This document shows positions 17,428-27,152 of a stretch of DNA of 36,538 nucleotides, piece by piece (the first letter of the stretch is position 1; every line of letters starts with the position of its first letter). Under the pieces are notes generated by a model. That model worked only from the letters and a program-made list of their open reading frames with translations. It made no database searches and was not told where the DNA came from. A program made the translations under genes and the position numbers. Origin of the DNA: a virus; the UHGV virus genome UHGV-0210818. One strand, written 5' to 3'.

Positions 17428-18033
17428 ATGGCAGATGAAATCACAAGCAAGACCGTAACCGACACCGCAAATGCGGCTGAAAACAACGGAGGTGATCCAA
17501 CACAGCCCGTAAGCTCTCAGCAGAGTGAAAAGGGTGTATCTACGTCCGCACCTGAGCAGACGGCAAAAACATTTACTCAGGAGGAGCTTGACGCTATCGT
17601 TAAGCAGCGTCTTGACCGTGCTAAGAAGGACATGCCCGACAAGGAGCAGTTAAAGGCTTTTAAGGCATGGCAGGACAGCCAGAAAACAGCCGAACAGCTT
17701 GCTGCCGAAAAGATATCCGCTGCCGAGAGCGGCAGGGCGGAGGCTGAAAAGAGGCTTGCGGCTGCGGAGGCTAAGAACATTGCATATTCCAAGGGCGTGA
17801 CTGCGGAGGCTGTTGAAGATGTCATTGCGCTGGCTATGGCTAAGGTCAGTGATGATACAGACATCGGCAAGGCTATTGATGCTGTTGTTGCCAAGTACCC
17901 GACATTCTGCGGGAACAAGGCGGCGGAGAAGTCTAAGATCACTACGGGCACGGCTTTCGGAAGCGGAGGAAACACGGAAGTATCGGGAGTTGAGGCGGCG
18001 TTTCTCGCCAGGAATCCCGGAATAAAAATTTAG
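17428..18033 (+). CDS. Capsid scaffolding protein
   Basis: KTFTQEELDAIVKQRLDR motif, coiled coil; upstream of the major capsid gene. Confidence 0.85.
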   Translation: MADEITSKTVTDTANAAENNGGDPTQPVSSQQSEKGVSTSAPEQTAKTFTQEELDAIVKQRLDRAKKDMPDKEQLKAFKAWQDSQKTAEQLAAEKISAAESGRAEAEKRLAAAEAKNIAYSKGVTAEAVEDVIALAMAKVSDDTDIGKAIDAVVAKYPTFCGNKAAEKSKITTGTAFGSGGNTEVSGVEAAFLARNPGIKI

Positions 18034-18046
18034 GAGGTAAGTCTAT

Positions 18047-19150
18047 ATGGCACATGAAGCACAGGAAAGATACTCTCCTCTTGTCCTCGCCAAGATCAGG
18101 GCGGAGAACAAGCTTAAAGAGGGTGTTGTATTTAACACGGATTATGAGGGCAGCCCTGCGGCGGGTGTTGTAAAGATCCCTGTAAGAGATGCAGAGGTCG
18201 AGGTGTCCGATTATGACCGTGCAAACGGCATTGACATCAAGCACGGCTCTACGGGTTACATTGACCTGCTTGTAAACAAGGAAAAGGCTGTCAACGAGCT
18301 TATTGACGGTTACGATGCGGAGCTTGTTCCCGATAATCTCGTTGCGGACAGGCTTGATTCTGCTGGATATGCGCTTGCGAGAGCGATCGACAATGACGGT
18401 GCTACCACGCTTATTGCGGGCGCAACTGTGATCAATATCCCTGCGATCACCGCTGACACTGCATATGCGGCTATTGTTGATATCCGCACGGCAATGAGCA
18501 AGGCGAATATTCCCGATGACGGAAAGAGATATCTGCTTGTAACACCCGACACTATGGGATTTATCCTGAAATCCCCTGAGTTTGTCAAGGCATCTGAGCT
18601 GGGAGATGCTGTTGTACAGGAAGGCATTGTCGGCAAGATCGCAGGATTTAAGGTCATCGAATGGAATGACAGCACTGCGAACCTTGCAATGGTTGCGGGT
18701 CACCCGAGATTTGCGACCAGAGTAAATGCGTTTAAGGTCGGTGTCAGACTTCAGAGCCTGGATCAGAGCGGCAAGTACATCGGTGCAAGTGCAGTACAGG
18801 GAAGAATGGTCTATGCTCACAAGGTCCTGAGAAGCGTTGCTATCAGGGCGGTATATGCTCCCGGCTCTCTTACTGCGTCGGCGGCTGCGGGCAGCACCAA
18901 GGGCAAGACTGTTGTCACCGTATCTGCGGGCGGTGCAACGGGCGGCACATATGCATACAAGCTCAATCCTGCGGCAAGAGTTGTATGCGGCACTACATCT
19001 ACCGAGTATGCGGGGACTGCTCTGACATCGGGCACGACTGAGATCGCTGCAGCTGCGGGCGATATTATTGAGGTCGTAAGCTTCGACAGCAACAGCAAGG
19101 CTGTATCGGTCGGATACATCACCGTAACGGCTGCAATGCTCAAGGCGTAA
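18047..19150 (+). CDS. Major capsid protein with C-terminal Ig-like extension
   Basis: IPDDGKRYLLVTP, GIVGKIAGFKV, AVQGRMVY.HKV; ~95-aa Ala/Thr/Gly beta-rich tail. Confidence 0.88.
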   Translation: MAHEAQERYSPLVLAKIRAENKLKEGVVFNTDYEGSPAAGVVKIPVRDAEVEVSDYDRANGIDIKHGSTGYIDLLVNKEKAVNELIDGYDAELVPDNLVADRLDSAGYALARAIDNDGATTLIAGATVINIPAITADTAYAAIVDIRTAMSKANIPDDGKRYLLVTPDTMGFILKSPEFVKASELGDAVVQEGIVGKIAGFKVIEWNDSTANLAMVAGHPRFATRVNAFKVGVRLQSLDQSGKYIGASAVQGRMVYAHKVLRSVAIRAVYAPGSLTASAAAGSTKGKTVVTVSAGGATGGTYAYKLNPAARVVCGTTSTEYAGTALTSGTTEIAAAAGDIIEVVSFDSNSKAVSVGYITVTAAMLKA

Positions 19151-19163
19151 AGGAGATAAGTCA

Positions 19164-19538
19164 ATGACGGTTGATAAGGACTACTATATAAGCGTTTACG
19201 GCGGCACTGAGTATGACGACATCGACCGTCTGCTTATCCGTGCGGGGCATATCATCGGAAATGTTGTGCTGATATCCCCAACGGGTGAGGAGCAGGAAGC
19301 GGCATACAAAAATGCCGTATGCGCTGAGGCGGAATATATAGGCTCTGTGGGCGGCATTGAGGCGTGGCAGGGTAATTTCTCGGGCAATGCTTCGGGCTTT
19401 AGTATCGGTTCATTCTCGATGTCCGGGGGTGGTTCTTCGGGCAATGGTTCGGGAGCTGCTGGCATGGGGATATGCTCCGAGGCTATGGCGTATCTTGATC
19501 GTGCGGGACTGCTGTACAGGGGGTGCGGGGTGAGATGA
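19164..19538 (+). CDS. Head-tail connector/adaptor
   Basis: KNAVCAEAEY, FSIGSFS, YL..AGLLYRG; position after the capsid gene. Confidence 0.8.
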   Translation: MTVDKDYYISVYGGTEYDDIDRLLIRAGHIIGNVVLISPTGEEQEAAYKNAVCAEAEYIGSVGGIEAWQGNFSGNASGFSIGSFSMSGGGSSGNGSGAAGMGICSEAMAYLDRAGLLYRGCGVR

Positions 19539-19891
19539 TGCCGTGTCCGATACCAAAATATCTACTGCCGCACACTGCTGTGCTGACTACGGAGTATGCG
19601 GAGGACAAGTGGGGACGCCCGAAAACCGAGGTAACGACGCTTGCTGTTATCCGCATCGAGCCCTGCATCAAGTTTGCAAAGACTGCCGAGGGTACGGACG
19701 TGCAGCTGTCGGCGACGCTGTTTTTCGACTGCAAAAACAGCCTGCCTTCCGATGTTAAGTTTCGCTTGGCGGGGGACGATGGCTGCGAGCGGCAGACGGT
19801 CACGTTCGGCGGCCGCAAGTATGTTGTCGGCGTTGTAAAGCCGCTGTATTCGGGAAACAGGTTACATCATTACGAGGTGGGGTTGATATGA
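19535..19891 (+). CDS. Head closure protein (Minor_capsid_1-like)
   Basis: PIPK.LL.H, D.WG, LFFD..NS, HHYEV.L. Confidence 0.8.
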   Translation: MMPCPIPKYLLPHTAVLTTEYAEDKWGRPKTEVTTLAVIRIEPCIKFAKTAEGTDVQLSATLFFDCKNSLPSDVKFRLAGDDGCERQTVTFGGRKYVVGVVKPLYSGNRLHHYEVGLI

Positions 19892-20313
19892 GCGTAAATA
19901 TTGTTGTTGACATCAATGCCGATGAGATAAGCGGTCGGGTCACTGCTGCTGTTGACAGGTCGATACCCGCCCTCACTCAGCAGATGCTTAAGGACAGCAA
20001 CTTTTATTGCCCCATGGATCAGGGTACGCTCAGAAACTCGGCTCTTATCGCATCTGATTCGGACGGCGGCAAGATAACCTGGAACACACCGTATGCGAGA
20101 TATCTGTATTACGGTGTGCTTATGGTCGGCGAGAACGGGTCGGCATGGGCTAAGCCGGGCGAGAAAAAGCATATCGCCGTGCCTGAAAAAGAGTTGACAT
20201 ATGACTGTGCATCGAACCCGAATGCTCAGGCGTTATGGTTTGAAAAGGCAAAGGATATCCACATGAGAGAATGGGAAACATTTCTCGGAGATCAGATAAG
20301 GAGAGGACTTTAA
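19888..20313 (+). CDS. Neck protein (Minor_capsid_2-like)
   Basis: P.D.GTLRNS, WNTPYARYLYYG, WFEKAK. Confidence 0.82.
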   Translation: MSVNIVVDINADEISGRVTAAVDRSIPALTQQMLKDSNFYCPMDQGTLRNSALIASDSDGGKITWNTPYARYLYYGVLMVGENGSAWAKPGEKKHIAVPEKELTYDCASNPNAQALWFEKAKDIHMREWETFLGDQIRRGL

Positions 20314-20314
20314 G

Positions 20315-20707
20315 ATGGTGGTGCATCAGCTTGCTATAATCGACGCTGTTACTAAGCTTGCGTCGGTTGACAGGATAGGTCTGCTGTCGCCCTCTGCGCC
20401 TTATGCGGCTGTTTTCGCGGGAGGCAAAGAGGTCAAGCGTTATCTTGACGGGACGGGCGTTTACACGCTCAACATACAGTTTTCGGGGCGGGGCAAGGAT
20501 CAGGTCGAGGTCTCGGAGACGTTATGCGGGATATGCAACGACTTATCTGCTATCCCTGCACACAGGCTCCCCGAGGGGGACGGGTGGAAGATACGGCGGA
20601 TAACTGTCGGGACACCTCCGTCACCCAAGGGTCAGAGCGAGGACGGCACGTGGTATTTTGCGTGCATAATATCAATTGAATATCATACAAGGAGGAAAAC
20701 CAAATGA
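20315..20707 (+). CDS. Tail terminator (Minor_capsid_3-like)
   Basis: Position before the major tail gene; YLDG, P...GQ.EDGTWYF. Confidence 0.7.
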   Translation: MVVHQLAIIDAVTKLASVDRIGLLSPSAPYAAVFAGGKEVKRYLDGTGVYTLNIQFSGRGKDQVEVSETLCGICNDLSAIPAHRLPEGDGWKIRRITVGTPPSPKGQSEDGTWYFACIISIEYHTRRKTK

Positions 20708-21222
20708 AACTTTCAGAGCTTATGGCGGGCATCACACCCAACGCCGATTATGAAGGCTATGTAATGGCTGACAACATGGTGCTTGCGGTCAACACTGCGG
20801 GCAGCACGGGTGCATCAAGTGTCGGCGATTACTCGGTCGCACAGGTCGGCGTTGAGGGAGTGGAATCATCACTCAATGCAGAGACCAATGACAAGCAGTA
20901 TATCAGGGCGGGCAAGTCAACGACAAAGAAGGGAACTCAGAGAAAGTTCTCTATCAAGGGTGATCGCTATGCCGGCGATGACTTCCAGGACTACGCCCTT
21001 TCGGAGACGATGAAATACGCTGTCGGTCAGGCTTGCGTTGTGGATTATGTTTACTTTAACTATCTAACGGGCAAAGGCGAAAAGGGCAAGGCTTCGCTGA
21101 TAGTCAACACCGATGCGGGCGGCAATGCGGGTGATAACTCGACATTTGACATCGAGCTGTCAAAGAGCGGCGATATGCCCGAGGCTTACACATGGTCAGC
21201 TTCTACGGGCGGCGGCGGTTGA
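20704..21222 (+). CDS. Major tail (tube) protein
   Basis: LNAET.DKQY, GDRYAGD.FQDY, GGNAGD...F; position. Confidence 0.8.
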   Translation: MKLSELMAGITPNADYEGYVMADNMVLAVNTAGSTGASSVGDYSVAQVGVEGVESSLNAETNDKQYIRAGKSTTKKGTQRKFSIKGDRYAGDDFQDYALSETMKYAVGQACVVDYVYFNYLTGKGEKGKASLIVNTDAGGNAGDNSTFDIELSKSGDMPEAYTWSASTGGGG

Positions 21223-21247
21223 TTTACGGCTGCATAATTCGCAATAC

Positions 21248-21272
21248 ACGGCGGGCTGAGATATGCCCGCTG
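21248..21272 (+). terminator. Hairpin after the major tail gene
   Basis: CGGCGGGC-tgagatat-GCCCGCTG; weak T tract. Confidence 0.45.
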
Positions 21273-21294
21273 TTCTATTAACGGGAGGTATACG

Positions 21295-21615
21295 ATGATA
21301 AGATTTGAAAATACCGACATTGATTTTGATGTCACGGATGCTGACACCTTTGAAGCTGTTGAAAATCTTGAAAAGGTGTGGAAAACATCTCTCGGAGAAA
21401 TGAAGGAGAAGCCTTCGGGTGACAGCATCAGGGCTGTGAACAGTGCTGTGAAGGAGTTCCTTGACGTTGCGTGCGGTGAGGGCGTACACGAGAGCATTTT
21501 CGGCGGCCGCACGTCGCTTATCAAGACTTACAAGGTCTGGAATGCGATCATCGGCGAGGTGGCGCGTCAGACCGAGGAAATGAAAGCTGTTATCGCCGCA
21601 GGCAAGACCGAATGA
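21295..21615 (+). CDS. Tail assembly chaperone
   Basis: Size, position, F.D...GEG....IFG. Confidence 0.7.
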   Translation: MIRFENTDIDFDVTDADTFEAVENLEKVWKTSLGEMKEKPSGDSIRAVNSAVKEFLDVACGEGVHESIFGGRTSLIKTYKVWNAIIGEVARQTEEMKAVIAAGKTE

Positions 21616-22244
21616 AAAGTCTGCTCACTGAAAAGCTCCCTGAGACTGTCCGCATAAACGGGCGGGAATATCCGATAAACACAGACTTTCGGGCGGCGAT
21701 AAGGTTTGAGATAACAGTACAGTCGGATATGCCGTCGGCGGAAAAGGTGCGGGGAGCGATAGAGCTGTTTTTTGGGGATTGTCCGCCTCCGCAGCCTGAT
21801 GCGCTGCTTATTGATGCGATAGCCAAATTTTACTCGGGATACAGCGACGCCGACGATCGCCCGAGCGGCGGAAACAGGAAGCGGTATTACTCATATGAGC
21901 AGGACGCAGGATATATATATGCGGCGTTTATGGAGCAGTACGGCATTGACCTTACGGTGGTCGGGTATATGCATTGGTACAAATTTATAGCGTTGTTCCG
22001 GGGACTTACGGAGGACACGGAGATAGTCAAGATAATGGGCTATCGGGCGGCTGATCTGAAGAAGATACACTCGAAATACGAAAAGGAACGCTTACGGAAG
22101 CTGCAGGAAGCTTACAGGCTCAGAGACGGCAGTGTGAAGCGTTTTGTATCGGCTGCGGAGCGGAGCAAGGCTATGCGTGACAAGGTGCTTGCGGACATGG
22201 AGAGAGCCAAGAGGGAGGCGATGAAGCGTGGACGGACGTGTTGA
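21612..22244 (+). CDS. Gp15-family tail assembly protein
   Basis: YPINTDFR, D..YIYAAF.EQYGIDL, HWYKF.ALF.GL...T...KIM.YR. Confidence 0.88.
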   Translation: MKSLLTEKLPETVRINGREYPINTDFRAAIRFEITVQSDMPSAEKVRGAIELFFGDCPPPQPDALLIDAIAKFYSGYSDADDRPSGGNRKRYYSYEQDAGYIYAAFMEQYGIDLTVVGYMHWYKFIALFRGLTEDTEIVKIMGYRAADLKKIHSKYEKERLRKLQEAYRLRDGSVKRFVSAAERSKAMRDKVLADMERAKREAMKRGRTC

Positions 22245-25200
22245 AATTGATGTAAATGTCAACTCGTCGCAGGTACAGCCTGCAATGAACAGTGCTGTGA
22301 ACAGCGTGCGAAGAGCCGCATCGGAGATGACAAATGCATCGGCTGATATGGCTGAGCCGTTTGAACGTGCGGTGCAGGGGTCAGCTGACGCTTCGGGAGC
22401 TGTCAATGGCATGAGCGATCAGATGACAGAGGCATTCCGGAGCTTTTCAGAGCAGGCTATCACAAGAATGGATATGCTCAACAGCTCGCTGCTGTCCATT
22501 GAAACGACGCTCGGGGAAATCTCAGATGCGTCGGATAATGCGTCTGAATCGGTCAACAAATTCTCGGCTCTTAAAGGCGTTTTAAAGGGCATTGGTGCGG
22601 CTGCGGTCGCTGCAGGAACGGCTGCTTTTGCACTCGGGAAATCCGCCGTATCCGCATATGCTGACTACGAGCAGCTTGTCGGCGGTGTTGAAACGCTTTT
22701 CGGGGCGGGCGGTCAGTCGCTTGAAGAATATGCCGAATCCCAGGGAAAGAGCGTTGAGAAGGTAAGGGCTGAGTATGAGAGCCTTATGAATGCGCAGTCT
22801 GCTGTATTTGCGAATGCGGACAAGGCGTTTGCGACTGCTGGACTGTCGGCAAATGAGTACATGGAGACAGCCACGGGATTTGCAGCGAGCCTTGTGTCAT
22901 CGCTTGGCGGCGACACGCAGAAAGCAGCCGAAAAGGCTGACATGGCGATTGTTGACATGGCTGATAACGCCAATAAGATGGGCTCTGATATGGAGTCAAT
23001 CCAAAATGCTTATCAGGGATTTGCTAAGCAAAACTACACAATGCTTGACAACTTAAAGCTCGGCTACGGCGGAACGAAAGAGGAAATGGAGCGTCTGCTT
23101 GATGATGCGGGCAAGCTCCAGAGCGAGAAGCTCGGCACTGAGGTGCAGTTTGACATATCCTCATATGCTGACATCATCGACGCTATCCACGTCATACAGG
23201 ACGAGATGGGCATTACCGGCACGACGGCGAAAGAGGCGGAAGAAACTATCTCGGGTTCGATAGCGTCCCTGCAGTCGGCGGCGCAGAATCTTATTGCGGG
23301 TCTCGGAAATCCCGATGCGGACATACAGGGACTTTGTGACACGATGGTCGAGGCATTTCGGACGGTCGAGAAAAATATCGAGCCTGTTATCAGCAACATT
23401 ATTGAAGCTTTGCCTGATGCTGCCGATGCGCTTATCGACGCTGTGGGCGATCTGCTGCCGTCTATGCTGTCGGCATTTACGGGGCTGTTTGACAAGGTGC
23501 TTACAGCTCTTGTGGAGATGCTGCCGAAGCTTGCACCTGCGGTGGCAAATGCGGCGGTGTCTGTTGTTGACACGATTGCGGACAATCTGCCTGCTATCAT
23601 CGAGGCGGTCGTGCAGACCGTTGTAAGTGTTGCAAATGCGCTGACTGAGGCACTGCCGAAGCTTATCCCGACGATAGTTGACGGTGTACTTATGGCGGCG
23701 ACGACGCTGCTTGAAAATGTTGATATCATCTTAAATGCGGCGGTGCAGCTTGTTGTAGCGTTTGAAGAAGGGATCATAAACTCATGGCCTGACATTATAG
23801 CACGTCTGCCTGAGCTGCTTGCATCGCTCGGAAACGCTATCATAAGCTTACTGCCTTTACTGCTTGAGATTCCCGTAAAGATATGCAAGATGATAGCAGA
23901 CGGTCTGACCAACTTCGACTGGCAGGAAACAACCGAAAAGGTGTTTGACGGAATGCTTGAACGTCTGAGGGATCAGGCACAGAGGATAAACTCTTACATC
24001 GCCGAGCTTTTTCGTGATCTTGGCTGGGAATCAGCAGCGAAGTGGGCGGAAGGCGCAGAGGACAGCGTAGCGCACATCGCAAGTCAGCACAGTACATCTG
24101 ATGGCGGCAAGGCAGGCGGAGGCGGTCGGTCATCGTCACGTTCAGGGAGCAACCCCGTGTCCACAAGCCCTGTTACAACGGGAATACTCGGTGCATTTGA
24201 TGTTGATGTGCCTGCGCGTGAGGCGGAAGAACGTCTGAACAAGGTCACCGATGAATTTAAGGAAGATTATGAAAATCTCCAGATGATGCTTATCAACGGT
24301 GATATTTCCGAGGGCGAGGAATATTTTGCGGCGCTTGAAGATCTTTTGAACAAGCACAATGCAAAGGGACTGTCCGCATACAACAAGTATTACAAGGAGA
24401 TCAAGGACGGCCGGCAGAAACTGCTTGATGACATCGCCAAGGAAGAGGAAAAGCAGCGGAAGCAGGAAGAGAAAGATGCCGAGAAAGCCGAAAAGGAAGC
24501 CGAAAATGCTGAAAAGAAGCGTGTAACGGCTGTCAAGAAGGCTGCTAAGGAAGAGATATCCGAAGCGAAAAAGACGGTCAGTGAGATCGTCAAGACATAT
24601 CAGTCGAAGATGAAGGAAGCCGAAAAGCTGATAAGCACTTACAAGAAGAAGCTGCTGTCGGTAGGCGATGTATTTGAGACTGAGAAAAAGACTGACAAAT
24701 TTGGCAACACGCTGACATCTCTCAAGATCGCCGACACTGACAAGCAGATCAGGGAGATGGAGAACTACGATGCCAAGATACGCAGGCTCAAAGAGCAGGG
24801 CGCAGGCGACGGACTTATCTCCGAGCTGATGTCCAAGGACATGGCAGAGGGCTCAAAGTATGCGGATTACATTTCAAAGCTTACAGATGAGCAGAGGGAC
24901 AAGATTTTCGAGAGCTATAAAAAGCGTGAGGAGCTTGCCGACAAGCTGTCCAAGGATATGTATGCTGACAAGGTATCGGAGATCGAGACGGGATTTATAT
25001 CCAAGATCGAGGAGCGCTTCGGGGAGATGCCCGAGGGTATGCGTGAGCTTGGCTCGTCGGCTATCAACAGCTTTATTGAGGGATTTGCGGGTGAGGACAT
25101 CATCGGCAGCGTACAGGACAAGGCAGAGGAGATTTTCTCGGCACTTGCGGACGCTGCGGAAAACGGCGTTTTTAACTCGCTTGACAGTCTTATCAATATT

Positions 25201-25482
25201 GATGACGGGTATTATGATGCGCTTGCCGAAAAGGTCAATGCCATTGTTGAGGCACAGGCTGCGGCTGTATCGTCGGCTATCTCGGCAAAGGGTGTGACTG
25301 TTAATGTCGGCGACACATCATCGGCTGGCGGTCAGGGTTACACAAAGGCTGACATCGACAGGCTTATCGCAGGCATAAACAAGCCCGTATCCCTCGAGCT
25401 TAACGGCAAGCAGATAGCTGAGTTTACCATTGCATATGCAAACGGCAAGTCCAGAGTAACGGGAGGTGCTACTATAAAATGA
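22228..25482 (+). CDS. Tape measure protein
   Basis: 1084 aa; DG.V.I N-terminus, QNAYQGFAKQNYTMLDNLKLGYGGTK, amphipathic repeats. Confidence 0.92.
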   Translation: MDGRVEIDVNVNSSQVQPAMNSAVNSVRRAASEMTNASADMAEPFERAVQGSADASGAVNGMSDQMTEAFRSFSEQAITRMDMLNSSLLSIETTLGEISDASDNASESVNKFSALKGVLKGIGAAAVAAGTAAFALGKSAVSAYADYEQLVGGVETLFGAGGQSLEEYAESQGKSVEKVRAEYESLMNAQSAVFANADKAFATAGLSANEYMETATGFAASLVSSLGGDTQKAAEKADMAIVDMADNANKMGSDMESIQNAYQGFAKQNYTMLDNLKLGYGGTKEEMERLLDDAGKLQSEKLGTEVQFDISSYADIIDAIHVIQDEMGITGTTAKEAEETISGSIASLQSAAQNLIAGLGNPDADIQGLCDTMVEAFRTVEKNIEPVISNIIEALPDAADALIDAVGDLLPSMLSAFTGLFDKVLTALVEMLPKLAPAVANAAVSVVDTIADNLPAIIEAVVQTVVSVANALTEALPKLIPTIVDGVLMAATTLLENVDIILNAAVQLVVAFEEGIINSWPDIIARLPELLASLGNAIISLLPLLLEIPVKICKMIADGLTNFDWQETTEKVFDGMLERLRDQAQRINSYIAELFRDLGWESAAKWAEGAEDSVAHIASQHSTSDGGKAGGGGRSSSRSGSNPVSTSPVTTGILGAFDVDVPAREAEERLNKVTDEFKEDYENLQMMLINGDISEGEEYFAALEDLLNKHNAKGLSAYNKYYKEIKDGRQKLLDDIAKEEEKQRKQEEKDAEKAEKEAENAEKKRVTAVKKAAKEEISEAKKTVSEIVKTYQSKMKEAEKLISTYKKKLLSVGDVFETEKKTDKFGNTLTSLKIADTDKQIREMENYDAKIRRLKEQGAGDGLISELMSKDMAEGSKYADYISKLTDEQRDKIFESYKKREELADKLSKDMYADKVSEIETGFISKIEERFGEMPEGMRELGSSAINSFIEGFAGEDIIGSVQDKAEEIFSALADAAENGVFNSLDSLINIDDGYYDALAEKVNAIVEAQAAAVSSAISAKGVTVNVGDTSSAGGQGYTKADIDRLIAGINKPVSLELNGKQIAEFTIAYANGKSRVTGGATIK

Positions 25483-25868
25483 CGTTTACTATCGGCGGGG
25501 TCGATGTGCTGCCTTTTGTTGAGTGGGATAATTTTACTATCACATCAAGTCCGCAGTATGACACATCTGACAGCTTTACTGCTGTGGACGGGTCTGTACA
25601 GGGTGAAGTATGCACAGGTACGGTGATATCCATATCGGCGACGCTCCGTGAGATACCGACCGAGACGGCGCAGGAGCTGTCGGCAGTGTTTGAGAGCGAG
25701 ACGTTTGCTGTCACCTATTCCGACCCTATATCCAAGACGGCGACGTTTAAGCGGCCTGATCTGTCGGCGGTATGCTCGTTTGAGGCGGACGGCACGGAGT
25801 ACTGGGATTACACGATAAACATGACATCTAAGCCTGTGCCGTACACGTCAGGCACGGGCGGTCTTTAG
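25479..25868 (+). CDS. Distal tail (Dit-like) protein
   Basis: 129 aa, beta-rich, directly after the tape measure gene. Confidence 0.7.
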   Translation: MTFTIGGVDVLPFVEWDNFTITSSPQYDTSDSFTAVDGSVQGEVCTGTVISISATLREIPTETAQELSAVFESETFAVTYSDPISKTATFKRPDLSAVCSFEADGTEYWDYTINMTSKPVPYTSGTGGL

Positions 25869-26913
25869 CTGGGCGGTAAAAATAGATGGTGAGACGTTCG
25901 GACCCGATAAGCTGAGCGGTCTTAACATCAGTGCGGCGGCTGATGGTCTTGGCATACGGGGCTGTGTATCGACGTGCTTTAAGCTGTCCGTCAAAAACGG
26001 CGGCATGGTTTTTTCGGACAATGCGGCTGTGGAGATATATGAGAGTGAGACTAAGTTCGGGCAGACATTTTACATAAGCAGCAGGACGGTCAGCAGTGAT
26101 AAAACTGTCACGGAGCTGGTCTGCTACGACAAGATGATGTTTGCGGACAAGCCTTATGATTACTCGGGGCATATAAGCACTGACAGTGATACGGCGGTCA
26201 AGGTATCTGTCGGAGTGGTGCTGACGGAGATAGGGTCGCAGCTGGGTGTGCAGATAGGCAGTGTGCCGTTTGCGTCCAAACAGCTTGATCTGTCGCAGAT
26301 AAAGGACAAGACCTGTCGGCAGATGCTTGAGCTGTTGAGCGAGCAAAATGTCGGGTACTGGTTTATTACGGAGAGCGATGCGGTCGAGTTCGGTGCGCTT
26401 GGATCTTACTCTATGCTGCTTGATGTTGACAAGCGGAGCGAGTTTTCGGGCGGCACGGTCAAAGGTCCCATAAGCCGTGTTATCATGACGGACAGTCTGG
26501 ATAAAAAAGTCTATGATACGGGCGGCGGCACGAGCGTTACAAGTCAGGTCATTGTATCGGCTGAGGACGTATCGCAGGAGATGGCTGCGGCTGTGCTTGC
26601 GAGGGTCACGGGCAAGTCATTTGACGGGTACTCGTGTCAGGCTGTATTCGGGGGATATGCCCGCGTTTACAGTGGATATCAGGCCGATGATGATACGGTC
26701 GTCATTGCAAACACGGTATCAATGGCACTTACGTCAGGCGGCATCTTCGGAAGCTTCGGGGCAAACGATGTGTCCGAGGTCGAGTATGATTACGGCGGAT
26801 TTTACAGCGATGCGCTTGAACGCAGGATCGCAAAAAATGCGCTGTACGGCATGTGTTCTGTTGATGCTGACAAGGGCTTCGTGTTTTATGATTACAAGGA
26901 GGCAACGACATGA
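25864..26913 (+). CDS. Tail tip/hub (Tal-like) protein; frame open from 25825 but first ATG at 26005
   Basis: ELVCYDKMMFADK.Y and TCRQML..L motifs; the in-frame upstream segment reads as protein. Confidence 0.7.
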   Translation, partial: FSWAVKIDGETFGPDKLSGLNISAAADGLGIRGCVSTCFKLSVKNGGMVFSDNAAVEIYESETKFGQTFYISSRTVSSDKTVTELVCYDKMMFADKPYDYSGHISTDSDTAVKVSVGVVLTEIGSQLGVQIGSVPFASKQLDLSQIKDKTCRQMLELLSEQNVGYWFITESDAVEFGALGSYSMLLDVDKRSEFSGGTVKGPISRVIMTDSLDKKVYDTGGGTSVTSQVIVSAEDVSQEMAAAVLARVTGKSFDGYSCQAVFGGYARVYSGYQADDDTVVIANTVSMALTSGGIFGSFGANDVSEVEYDYGGFYSDALERRIAKNALYGMCSVDADKGFVFYDYKEATT

Positions 26914-27152
26914 GCGAGGCTGTAAAAAGAGGGTTTAAGCGGCTGGATTTTGGCTTTTGGCAGTTCGACGGGGTGCTGCTTAGCGGCTTGCACCCCACAA
27001 AGATTACCGTCACCGACACGTCGATAACGTTTGATTACGCCGTCGGTGGTCAGCCTGTCAGCAGGGCGTATGCTCTGACTAAGGCTGACGGCAAGATTAC
27101 ATCGTTTACAAGCCCCGATGGGAGTGTGACGGAGGTGGTGCGTGATGGTTGA
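26910..27152 (+). CDS. Hypothetical tail-region protein
   Basis: AAGGAGG RBS; ATGA overlap. Confidence 0.7.
   Translation: MSEAVKRGFKRLDFGFWQFDGVLLSGLHPTKITVTDTSITFDYAVGGQPVSRAYALTKADGKITSFTSPDGSVTEVVRDG

Noticed and set aside
17942..18820. 292-aa minus-strand ORF (also 2473-3228 and 23064-23912)
   Set aside because: Antisense shadows of clear plus-strand genes, with no recognisable motifs.
21560..21630. Classical -1 frameshift between tail chaperones
   Set aside because: No X XXY YYZ heptamer near the stop; the genes are joined by an ordinary ATGA overlap.
24430..24580. Repetitive GAAAAG-rich tract
   Set aside because: Encodes the Glu/Lys coiled coil of the tape measure protein; not a separate repeat element.
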